The position numbers and the translations under genes are program-made. From NCBI GenBank assembly GCA_964016885.1, contig OZ024741.1, positions 325,376,001-325,440,000 on the forward strand: a stretch of 64,000 nucleotides of DNA, given 5' to 3'. How positions within the stretch are numbered: position 1 is the first letter of the stretch; each line of letters opens with the position of its first letter. The notes under the pieces are model-generated. The model did no database searches, had not been told where the DNA came from, and saw only the letters and a program-made list of their open reading frames with translations. This document shows positions 1-11,226 of the stretch, in pieces. This stretch comes from Eledone cirrhosa (lineage: Eukaryota).

Positions 1-390
1 CTATAAACCTCATATAGCCTCAATGACGCACTAAATCTTTATATAGTTTAGCAAACATTGAGGATTGCATTGGCATTCTTTATTGTTGTAGATCCTAAAT
101 TATAAGCACTTGAAGTTTCTAAAGGAAACTGGATTAAGTTTAGAATCACAAAGATAAGCCCATAACGTGAACTGTTCCTTTTTAAAAGTATTTATGACAT
201 CTGAAAGATAATTATTGTTATTTCAGTCATAGGATTGAAGATGTTTGAGCATATCAAATATTTGTGAATCTTGCAATAACAGAAACTCGGATCACCTGTA
301 CTTTAGCGAAACACCTGTGAATGAGAATTCCATTGACTTTGAATGAGAAATACTCAAACATATTCCTGTAATCAAGCTCTGTGAAATGGG

Positions 391-1135
391 GTGGGGATGG
401 CTTAGTGGTTAAGATGCTAGTCTGAAGATCATAAGATCTTGAGTTTGATTTTATTGGCGGCTCCTTGGAGCAAAACACAGTATTTACACCTTGCTCCAGT
501 CCATTCAGCTGCCAAAGATTACTTGTATCTATAATTCAACTTCTTTGGCCTAAATCAATGGGTGGCAGTAGTTCCAGCTGCACGTATCGAAAGATTGGTG
601 TAGTGGTTCTGAGAACAATGCGGCTTTGCAGATGATTAATGAAAATTGACAATGGAAAGGCGCTCTCGCTCGAGTTAGAAGAGAACTATTGAGCTCCAGG
701 AGAAGCAGCGACCTCTGATTGTATTCAGCAAACGAAACAAACATGAAGTACACCAAATCCAATGCTCCTAGGGGCGGCCCTAGTTCTTCTTGTCCTCGCC
801 ACACTACAAAGTCTACACAGATTCATGAATGTGCTCTCCCAAAGCCGAAAGGAAAGTTAGTACAGAATGGCAGTAGATCAAAAAGCAGACTGCTGACCTG
901 CAACAGTATACTAACGTAGCAACTATAATTCAAAGGGATCAGCATTGTCACATAATATGTCATGCTGAATCTCCCAGAGAACTATGTTGAGGAAGCGCGT
1001 CATTTGAAAGTCTTTTTCACGAGGAGGCTGTTCCGCTGATCAAAACAACTGGAACACCCGTCGTGGTCAGAACGACCAGATGTCAAACAACTGAATGCAG
1101 CCATACGGTCGAGATATTTCATTGCCATTCTGTAA
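391..1135 (+). mobile_element. Degenerate tRNA-derived SINE interrupted by a 383-bp insert (540-922)
   Basis: A-box-like TGGCTTAGTGG and B-box-like GAGTTTGATT near 408-450; CTATAATTCAA duplicated at 529-539 and 923-933. Confidence 0.45.
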
Positions 1136-1167
1136 CTTGATACGTCGACCCCCGTAACACACACACA

Positions 1168-1266
<99 letters not shown>

Positions 1267-1637
1267 CACACGCGCTCGGCGTTGTAAATTAAATGAATTT
1301 GCGTTAGTAGATTTAATCTGGTGAGCAATAAATATCTAAACTAAAATTACTTTTCTTAATTACAAGTTGTTCCTTCCAGCTCAGAGATCACTAGATACTA
1401 ACTTGCTGGACGAGCTATCGTCTCAAAGGAATTGACATCGAGAGGTTGTGTAAAGTTTATACGTTACATACCTAAGGTTTTTGTAGTTGCCAAGTGATTG
1501 GGTTTCATTCTGGGCTACAAGATTTATTCGTGATATGTAAAGGCATTTCGGATGATGAACATATACACAGCAATATGTCCTTATAACCACTGCATGACAC
1601 ACTGGATCAGGTCATATATTGGGTGTTGAGGTGTGTA

Positions 1638-1677
<40 letters not shown>

Positions 1678-1995
1678 AAAGGCAAGTTTCGATATAGCAC
1701 CGTGTAGCGCCGGAAACTTCTGTAAATGAAATTGAAAATTGAATGAAACGATACAAACGGAACAAACAATATCCGGTCTTCAGCCGTCCGTTTTTGGCGC
1801 TGACATGAGAAGAACGAAGCAAACAACACATTGCAATGAAGAAATTTATTAGTTTTACGCTTGATGCAGAAAGAAAAGAATCTTTATGTTTCGGAAATTA
1901 GTCCTTCATCTCGGGATCGAATGAGAAATAAAAGATCAAATAGAAAGACAGAGAATAAGCACTTGTGTATTCAGTCAGCCATTTTGGTTGAATGG

Positions 1996-2102
<107 letters not shown>

Positions 2103-2202
2103 ATATTGAAGAGTGAAACAAGATTCAATGATTACATCAAATAATGAGTTTTACAGTAGATTGGAAGCACTCTACAGCAAAAATTATTTTCCAGAGTTAT
2201 TA

Positions 2203-2541
2203 ATATTAAAATTCAAATATTAATAAAATAGATGTTCTTGTGATCAATTAAATTTTATTATACATATTTCAGAGGCACTTGAATCAGGTTCAACAGTACG
2301 TCCTCATAAGATAAAATAAAATGATACATGACATACCCTAAGATGTTAGATGGTTAAGATTTAATCACTACCTTTAAAACTACCTTGATTAAATCTTAAC
2401 CATCTAACATCTCAGGGTATGTCATGTATCATTTTATTTTATCTGATGAGGATGTACTGTTGAACCTGATTCAAGTACCTCTGAAATATGTATAATAAAA
2501 TTTAATTGATCACAAGAACATCTATTTTATTAATATTTGAA

Positions 2542-2550
<9 letters not shown>
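2203..2550. repeat. Fold-back palindrome (165-bp arms, 18-bp spacer), Penelope-pLTR-like, carrying hammerhead motifs
   Basis: 2203-2367 is the near-perfect reverse complement of 2386-2550; abuts (TA)n. Confidence 0.9.
2436..2501 (+). ncRNA. Type I hammerhead ribozyme (minimal stem III)
   Basis: ATTTTAT-CTGATGA-stem II hairpin (GGA..GTAC..TTGAA/TTCAA GTAC..TCT)-GAAA-TATGTA-TA|ATAAAAT; predicted cut after 2494. Confidence 0.75.
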
Positions 2551-2598
<48 letters not shown>

Positions 2599-3249
2599 TT
2601 ATGAAAATATGAGATTAAAGTTTAAGCAAAGAATCGTTGCTTTCACCCTTCTGTTATTTTAATAAATATTTGCTCTACGTTTATATATTCTTATATATAT
2701 ATTATCCTTATCGAGCCCTCTTCGGATTTTAGTCTTCACATTTACTATTATTACTACACACACACACACATATATATTTATATATATATATATATATGCG
2801 CGTGTGTGTATGTGTATGCTTGTGTGTGTGCGTATGTGTGCGCATATGTACGTATTTGTGAGTAAGTTGTATAGCGTTACAAACAGTAGAAAAAATTGTG
2901 GACAGTATTCATGCATGATTGTTGGATCTCCGTATAAATATGTGTGTGTATGTGTGTACGTAGGTATGCATCTCTATCTCTCTCACTCTCTTTCTCTCTA
3001 TATATATATATTATCGAATCGATATAAATATAAATATTATATATATATGTGTTTGTGTCTGTCTCTGTGTGTATATATACGGGTGGGTAAGGGTGCAGAA
3101 GTGTGTATAATGTTTATAACGCTATAAATATACTTCAAACATATTTAGTGACGTTTCAAAACATGTTTCTTTTACAAAAATATGTGAAAATATCGATGTG
3201 TTGTATTTTATATTATCGCGTACACATGTCTAAATAAATGAGCAACAAC

Positions 3250-3323
<74 letters not shown>

Positions 3324-3448
3324 TGTATATATAGTGTATTTTGCAATACATTGTATACTTAATTAAAAGCATTTCGAAGACCTTATGTTATTGTTTTATA
3401 GTAGTGACAGTCTCACTTACTTTAATTTTCAGCAAACAGGGGAGATAA

Positions 3449-3493
3449 AGCTGACAGGGCCCTGTTTCGCATTTTTTTATGCTTATCAAAGCC
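3449..3493 (-). ncRNA. Type I hammerhead ribozyme, U3:A8 core variant
   Basis: Minus strand GGCT-TTGATAA-GCAT(AAAAAA)ATGC-GAAA-CAGGGCCCTG-TC|AGCT; 19-bp distal stem I helix (3423-3441 with 3503-3521). Confidence 0.85.
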
Positions 3494-3768
3494 AAGTACT
3501 CACCCTGTTTGCTGAAAATTATGGATGTTTTATTCTTATAGAATTCTAGTAAATAATCAGGAACTGATTATACAGAGCGGTTGCCGGTCAAGCAGAAATT
3601 GAAAATTAGAATTTGTGCTCTGAAATAGCTATATATATATGAATGTATATATAGTGTATTTTGCAATACATTGTATGCTTAATTAAAAGCATTTCGAAGA
3701 CCTTATGCTATTGTTTTATAGTAGTGACAGTCTCACTTACTTTAATTTTCAGTAAACAGGGGAGATAA

Positions 3769-3813
3769 AGCTGACAGAGCTCTGTTTCGCATTTTCTGAT
3801 GCTTATCAAAGCC
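3769..3813 (-). ncRNA. Type I hammerhead ribozyme, U3:A8 core variant (second tandem copy)
   Basis: Minus strand GGCT-TTGATAA-GCAT(CAGAAA)ATGC-GAAA-CAGAGCTCTG-TC|AGCT. Confidence 0.85.
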
Positions 3814-3960
3814 AACTGCTCCTCCTGTTTGCTGAAAATCATGGATGTTTGATTCTTATAGAATTCTAGTAAATAATCAGGAACTGAATGTACAGAGCGG
3901 TTGCCGGTCAAGCATTCATATATATATATAGCTATTTCAGAGCACCAATTCTAATTTTCT

Positions 3961-4345
3961 CCGAAACCCATCAGTGGTCCTGGGGGTTAACCTTATGCAA
4001 GGCGAAAAGGTCATCATCTCGGTATAATCCTCCAGTTAGGCCCGTGAAGAGGTTCTTCAGGTGGTATAAGATGTACAGGCCCACGAGGTCACTAATTTCA
4101 GCCGAGTCACTTGCTCCCATGTTGACGTCAAAAGGGGTCTCAGACTTCTTGTTAATCCAGTAAGATTCCTCGTGGTGTAGAAAGATCTTATGGGTGTAGA
4201 GGATCACATCCTTCTCAGTGTCGGTTATGGTGGTAACATTCCTGGCAAAAGCAAGTGCGTCCTTCAGTAGGGGCTCTGAGATAGAAGCGTAGTAGTCTTC
4301 TATGAAGAGTTGCAGGAAGCGAGTGTCGCGTTTATCGAGTATGTG
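3961..4345 (-). pseudogene. Penelope-like reverse transcriptase fragment (Naiad/Chlamys-like)
   Basis: YASISEPLLKDAL...FDVNMGASDSAEISDLVGLY...GLYRDD within ORF 3971..4513; that ORF's N-terminus is microsatellite. Confidence 0.8.
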
Positions 4346-4353
4346 GGAGTAAA

Positions 4354-4495
<142 letters not shown>

Positions 4496-4737
4496 TGCTT
4501 GTAGACATCTCAAATATAGCTTAAGAGAAACTTAACAGTAAGGAGAGGCACCCCAATTTGAACTTGTTTATAGAATTCTTTCTGCCTTTGTCACTCTAAA
4601 TACAGCTTTAAAGAATTAGCTTTTAAAGATTTCCCTTTTCTTTAAACCCATCAACCAATGACCTCCGCCCATCCCAATCCCCACCCTCTCCTACCACCAG
4701 AAAAGATATAAATACCACCATATTTACTTGAACAGTC

Positions 4738-4788
4738 AGCTTCCTGATGATTTCTCACGAATGAAACAGTTCTAGTCCTGTAGAAGCT
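4738..4788 (+). ncRNA. Type I hammerhead ribozyme in a probable inverted pLTR (about 4490-4795)
   Basis: AGCTTC-CTGATGA-TTTC(TCAC)GAAT-GAAA-CAG(TTCTAGTC)CTG-TA|GAAGCT; upstream ACRHLKYSLRET* resembles a PLE C-terminus. Confidence 0.75.
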
Positions 4789-4820
4789 TTTCTATATAAA
4801 AACACACACACACACACACA

Positions 4821-4907
<87 letters not shown>

Positions 4908-5040
4908 GCGCGCACACACGCACACACACACACACAACAACATTTGATGGTGAATTAAACTAATATTTAGAGTGTTTAATTTAAGGTTTCACTGATACTA
5001 GCTTCCCAAAATGAAACAATAACAAATATTATATATATAG

Positions 5041-5104
<64 letters not shown>

Positions 5105-5276
5105 ATACAAATAACACTCTGTGCTTTTAATTTGAATTATTGTACAATTCTTGTTTAATATATGTCGCATCCAGTATACCATGTAAATACGAAACTGTTG
5201 CTCACAACATCAATATATATGTATCTATATGATTGTTCAGTTGAATAGGAGTTTAATTATATGTACAAACATTGAT

Positions 5277-5328
5277 AATGCTCCGATGATTCCAAACGAA
5301 AGTTTAGAAGAAACGATTGTCAGCTATT
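5277..5328 (+). ncRNA. Hammerhead ribozyme motif (core CCGATGA, U4C)
   Basis: AATGCT-CCGATGA-TTCCAAAC(GAAA)GTTTAGAA-GAAA-CGATTG-TC|AGCTATT. Confidence 0.6.
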
Positions 5329-5357
5329 AAATGATTTGAACACAACTTTGATAATTG

Positions 5358-5421
<64 letters not shown>

Positions 5422-5425
<4 letters not shown>

Positions 5426-6984
5426 TGTTTTTCTCTCTCTCTCTCTCTTACTGCTCCCCCGTTCTCTCTGTTTCTCTTACTTTCTTTCGCCCCCTCTGTC
5501 ATGTCAGTTAACACTTTCTCTCTACTGACCTCTTCCTCACACTTCCACTGACTCACTCACTGTTTCTCCCCTTCTCACTTCACCCCGTTCGCGACGAAAA
5601 CAATTACCTTCTTTCTTACATTGGATTCATCTCGAAAGGTCTATTTTCTACGCGCTCATATATTCACCCAGCTTATACTTATAGAATAACTATGTAGCTT
5701 GTGTCTTTCCTATCTACGGTTAGCTTTCCTCTTTGTTGTTTACTTGTCTCACTCGCTTTACGCGTTTTAATTGTCCTAATAACTTAATTTAGTTATTATT
5801 GTACCAACGTGAGGTATATGATTTTTAATGCAATGAAATATCTATGATCGTTGGCAAATCACTGATGAGGGACTCATTTTATAACATGTTATCCATGTGC
5901 AACCTGCAGTATTCTTCTCCCCATTTTTTCACATATATTTACCTAAACTGCGATTCTGTTTTTCTCTCTCTCTCTCTTACTGCTCCCTCGTTCTCTCTGT
6001 TTCTCTTACTTTCTTTCGCCCCCTCTGTCATGTCAGTTAACACTTTCTCTCTACTGACCTCTTCCTCACACTTCTACTCACTCACTCACTGTTTCTCCCC
6101 TTCTCACTTCACCCCGTTCGCGACGAAAACAATTTCCTTCTTTCTTACATTGGATTCATCTCGAAAGGTCTATTTTCTACGCGCTCATATATTCACCCAG
6201 CTTATACTGATAGAATAACTATGTAGCTTGTGTCTTTCCTATCTACGGTTAGCTTTCCTCTTTGTTGTTTACTTGTCTCACTCGCTTTACGCGTTTTAAT
6301 TGTCCTAATATCTTAATTTAGTTATTATTGTACCAACGTGAGGTATATGATTTTTAATGCAATGAAATATCTATGATCGTTGGCAAATCACTGATGAGGG
6401 ACTCATTTTATAACATGTTATCCATGTGCAACCTGCAGTATTCTTCTCCCCATTTTTTCACATATATTTACCTAAACTGCGATTCTGTTTTTCTCTCTCT
6501 CTCTCTTACTGCTCCCTCGTTCTCTCTGTTTCTCTTACTTTCTTTCGCCCCCTCTGTCATGTCAGTTAACACTTTCTCTCTACTGACCTCTTCCTCACAC
6601 TTCTACTCACTCACTCACTGTTTCTCCCCTTCTCACTTCACCCCGTTCGCGACGAAAACAATTTCCTTCTTTCTTACATTGGATTCATCTCGAAAGGTCT
6701 ATTTTCTACGCGCTCATATATTCACCCAGCTTATACTGATAGAATAACTATGTAGCTTGTGTCTTTCCTATCTACGGTTAGCTTTCCTCTTTGTTGTTTA
6801 CTTGTCTCACTCGCTTTACGCGTTTTAATTGTCCTAATAACTTAATTTAGTTATTATTGCACCAACGTGAGGTATATGATTTTTAATGCAATGAAATATC
6901 TATGATCGTTGGCAAATCACTGATGAGGGACTCATTTTATAACATGTTATCCATGTGCAACCTGCAGTATTCTTCTCCCCATTT

Positions 6985-6990
<6 letters not shown>
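5422..6990 (+). repeat. Three near-identical ~529-bp tandem units, probably Penelope-derived/retrozyme-like
   Basis: Units start at 5422, 5953 and 6482; CTGATGA at 5862, 6391 and 6920; flanked by (TA)n; related pieces at 9943-10240 (-) and 20833-20903. Confidence 0.9.
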
Positions 6991-7026
<36 letters not shown>

Positions 7027-7043
7027 CTATAGGAACAAGTAAG

Positions 7044-7137
7044 ACCCCGACGGCTGAGCTCAAGCCGTTTCGACGGCTAATTCTGGACTGAATGAACATT
7101 TATTCTGGTATTTAAATAGCCGAGCTTATCAAGGGGT
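7044..7137 (-). ncRNA. Type I hammerhead ribozyme, U3:A8 variant with extended stem II
   Basis: Minus strand ACCCC-TTGATAA-GCTCGGCTA...TAGCCGTC-GAAA-CGGCTTGAGCTCAGCCG-TC|GGGGT. Confidence 0.75.
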
Positions 7138-7604
7138 AATTCCATATATGGTCAAAGAGATAATCACCAGGATTGGTCACATCACAAGTTAGTAGTAAAT
7201 CTGTGATGGCAAATTGGTGGGAGAAGGGGTAGCTAAACCTGCCGGTAGGAGAAAAAGGGAGAGGGGGTGGAGTAGACCCATTCAGTGCCGGGTACAGCTG
7301 GGCGAGAGGTCAAAGAGGATACTGGGGAGGGGGAGGGGGAGGAAGTCGAAACGGTAAGTAGAACAATGAAGGGTAAAACTATAAAAAGTACTGAGAGAGA
7401 AAAAAAACTAAGGAAAGTCTGGTTACTAAGACTTAAGTCTCTCGCTATATTTCTATATATATATATATTTGTTATTGTTTCATTTTGGGAAGCTAGTATC
7501 AGTGAAACCTTAAATTAAACACTCTCATTTAATAATAAATATTAGTTTAATTCAGCATCAAATGTTGTGTCCTGTATTCAGTAAATGTGTAGCATATATA
7601 TCAG

Positions 7605-7696
<92 letters not shown>

Positions 7697-8129
7697 TATA
7701 TTTGTATATATATATATATGTATATATATATACAAGTTACCAAGATTGCTCTAATGTGTATATAAATATGCACAAAGGGTAATACATTTTCGTCTAGAGC
7801 AAACATAAATTTAAGAAAGTGTGACACCATAAAGAGAATGACCAGATGTATGTGGCTATAGTTTATAACCACAACAATATATATGTGTATGCATATAAAT
7901 ATATCCACATATAATATTTAATATATGGATATAGATATATAAATATTCCCCCCCCCCCCACACACATACATACACATATATTTAGTATAAATCGAAGTTG
8001 TAGTCGCCGTAGAGCAGAGGTATATACAACTCGGAAAGAGGTGTGAAGATAGAAAGTTTGCCAATATCGTTAGACATAAGAACCAGAGACGTGAAATGTT
8101 TTGCATTGCAAGGCAGTGTGTCTGTGTAA

Positions 8130-8450
8130 ATTAAGATGTTGGGGAAAAGTGTTTTAGAAATGACGCTGGTGCACCTAGCACCACTGATGCCCAAAAGAAA
8201 GAGGCCAGGAAATGTTACAATGAAAGATTGATGAATGTAGAGAATTAATGGGAGGAAGAGAAACTACCGCCAACTTATCCAACAGAAGGACCAGCTACTG
8301 AAGTTGACAATTATAGGGTCAAAGAAGCAATCAAGGATATGAAGAATAGTAAAGCTGCGGCACCGCCAGAGATAGTTGCTGAGATGCTAAAACCTTCTGG
8401 AGAAGTAAGAGTCGAACTAGTAACCCACATATTATAATCATAAATTGCTA
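8130..8450 (+). pseudogene. Degenerate RTE-like LINE ORF fragment
   Basis: Translates to VKEAIKDMKNSKAAAPPEIVAEMLK...VELVTHII, resembling the LINE KAxGPDxIxAEMLK region. Confidence 0.6.
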
Positions 8451-8499
8451 CAAGGGTAGGTTTGTAGCCCATTGGTATTCATCATAATATATATATATA

Positions 8500-8911
8500 T
8501 CTTATATATATATAAAGTTGTAGTTCCTGTTTGTTTGTTTGTCTGTTTGTTTGTTCACAAACTCCTCCTATGGTTTTGGAGATGGACCCCCATAACCATA
8601 TATATTCTCAAACTACATTTCCCAGGGTACTTGGATAAGTATATTTCAACTTAATCAAAGGGTTCCCTGAGGGCACAATCCCCCGCTGAAAATGTTTTCC
8701 CTTCAATTTATATGAAATTTATACCATAGGTAAATGACAAAATATGATGCCTTTTTGAAATGCTTATTATTGAAATTTCAGCAAATTTCAATAATATTAA
8801 GAGACCCTAATGGAATTTTTCTCCATAAATTATATCACTGATTTAAAATCAACCATCATTTTCTTACAAAAAAAGGTATGAAACGCAGCAAGGCGCGGGT
8901 ATTTCGGCTAG
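8500..8911 (+). mobile_element. Non-autonomous Helitron-like element
   Basis: 5' TCTTATATATA, internal (TTTG)n, GC-rich subterminal hairpin remnant, 3' CTAG, sits between A and T. Confidence 0.65.
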
Positions 8912-8974
8912 TATATATATATAAACAATAAGTGCAAGTCAACAGGTAAAAATTAACTTCGTTTATTCATATTC

Positions 8975-9033
8975 GCAGTTATATATATTTCGGTGATAAC
9001 CATTATGCAGCAGCTATGACCTCATCAGACAGC
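8975..9033 (-). ncRNA. Type I hammerhead ribozyme
   Basis: Minus strand GCTGT-CTGATGA-GGTCATAGC...GTTATCACC-GAAA-TATATA-TA|ACTGC. Confidence 0.75.
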
Positions 9034-9162
9034 TAGAATTTGAACAGAAAACACAGAAAAACATAACGATGGAATCAAGTTTACTTCTGATATTTCGATT
9101 TTTTCATATGCTCAGTGCTGAAGTTTGGTGTTGTTTTCTCAAAGAACTGGTCGCATATATTA

Positions 9163-9331
<169 letters not shown>

Positions 9332-9342
9332 ATATAGATATA

Positions 9343-9898
9343 ATTTAGCGAGAATCGCATTTCGGCGGGTAGAAATTAGCGAAACGCAACTTCAATAATG
9401 TGCAGACAAGCGCTCCATGCATATGAAGAGGATAGCATAGCTATAAACATAAGTTAAAATGGTCATACACGCTGAGACGATGGTTAAGAAGCCATAGCCA
9501 CCATAGCCAAAAAAAGCGAACAAGCTAAACGGGTCAAACAAAATGAGATATGATTGAAATAGTTACCCGGACCCTCGGGGAAGATGTAATACTCCGAAAT
9601 TTGGGTTTCTGCAACACCTAAATCAATAATACTGTCTGCTTATAAAAACAAAAATAAGCTGTTGGTATAATGATCGAACAAGGCATCACTTTCTCAACGG
9701 GTTTTTGTTCATTTTTCGCCGGAATCTCTCAGGTTGTGAAAGCACATGTGAGATTCCAAGGGGAGGAAACCCCTAATTTAGCCAGTGAATTCAGCATGTG
9801 TAGTTATTGCAAACATTTGCAAAAACCGCACAAAACGAATAAGCTCTCTACCGATTTGTTTTTAAAATAAACTTAAGCGATTAATCGGTCAATATATG

Positions 9899-9947
<49 letters not shown>

Positions 9948-10780
9948 AAGTGAGTCCTTCATCAGTGACCCTCCAACCGTCCTGGGTATTTCATCGCTTT
10001 AAGGGCCATATGCCTCAGGTTGGTGCGAACAACGGCTAAAAAAAGTCGTTGGGACACGTAAACAAAGGGGACGCCAGGGTAACAACAAAAAAGTTTTAGC
10101 AACGGAAAGTGAGTAGAAATAGACAAGTCCCAGATCTCTATGAATATAAACTCTGTGAAATCGTGAACAAGAGACAAAAGACCATCAAACCTGGTTGAAA
10201 TGTGAGCAAGGAAAGAATTTCGCCCAAGTTTGACGGGGGAGGGGGGGGGAAGAGAGAGAGAGAAAGGAGAGAAGAGGAAGAAGAAGAAGAAGAAGAAGAA
10301 GAAGAAGAAGAAGAAGAAGAAGAAGAAGAAGAAGAAGAAGAAGATAAAGGGGTCATATATATATATATATTCATTTATTATCTTGTCTGATGACCTTGTG
10401 ATAAACAGGCGAATCTCCAGAGTAACAAGACTCACTATTCAGACTTAATAAATGAATATTGAAAATCTGCTTCTGTATTGAGTACTCCTTTCTCTCAATA
10501 GTCAACCACATACGGATATATATATATATATATATGGGATAACAAGTTATCGTTATAGGTAATGCAGTTAGAGGTTGTGAGTGCTCTGCGTTGTGGATAG
10601 TTTTAATAGGGTGACCCACATGATCAACGAAACAATTGTCGGTACTTTAAATAAAGCCCTTATTGTACAGCCAACCATGTTAATCTTCATTCTTTAACTA
10701 TATATATATATATATATGCCAAAACAAATCGGAAATTGCGTTTCGCTTATTTCTACCCGCCGAAATACGATTCTCGCTGA

Positions 10781-10785
<5 letters not shown>
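9343..10785. mobile_element. TIR DNA-transposon remnant with nested Penelope-derived pieces
   Basis: About 50-bp inverted termini (AGCGAGAATCGCATTTCGGCGGGTAGAAAT at ~9347, reverse complement at ~10731-10785); a solo end also at ~23568. Confidence 0.6.
10381..10430 (+). ncRNA. Degenerate hammerhead ribozyme
   Basis: TCTTGT-CTGATGA-CCTTGT(GATAA)ACAGGC-GAAT-CTCCAGAG-TA|ACAAGA, enclosed by a 14-bp outer stem (10367-10380 with 10446-10459). Confidence 0.6.
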
Positions 10786-10811
<26 letters not shown>

Positions 10812-11162
10812 ATGATAATTTTTATTAATTTTCGACTATAGATTAATGAACACTTGTGTAAATAGAATCGACCACTCGAAATAGTATAGCTTCACCATTA
10901 TGATATTATCACAAAGCAGTAGGTTAGATGATGCTGTGTGGCCATCGATAAGCACCGAATAAACCATCCATTAAAATAGTCACTGCAGTTTAGATTTGTA
11001 TAGCGAAGTAGGAATGAAAAAAACGAAAGGAAAAGGAAATATTTGGTATGACAAATGGGAGAATGAAATTGCAAGTGGTGTCTTGATGTTGAAAAATAAA
11101 TCTGTTTAGATCTAGCAATGACGATAACATCAGTCGTTTATGTGTGGTGTAATATATATATT

Positions 11163-11226
<64 letters not shown>

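Larger units (their letters stand above)
3321..3915 (-). mobile_element. Two tandem 320-bp non-coding Penelope-pLTR/retrozyme-like units
   Basis: 3321-3640 repeated at 3641-3915; each unit holds a hammerhead; embedded in (TA)n. Confidence 0.8.

Noticed and set aside
1-390. Possible ancient CR1/Jockey RT remnant on the minus strand (MLKHLQSYD..YLSD)
   Set aside because: Too decayed to support by eye
1380-1438. Possible exon after TCCTTCCAG (QRSLDTNLLDELSSQRN*)
   Set aside because: All three frames hit stops quickly and there is no other support
1760-1915. CTGAAGA and GATGA..GAAA hammerhead-like cores on the minus strand
   Set aside because: No stem I or stem III could be closed
5802-5856. 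SECIS-like hairpin upstream of CTGATGA in the 529-bp unit
   Set aside because: Spacing and helix register around the GA quartet do not fit, and there is no associated UGA-containing ORF
5844-6747. Identical 124-aa ORFs
   Set aside because: Products of the tandem repeat across CT-rich sequence; no protein motifs
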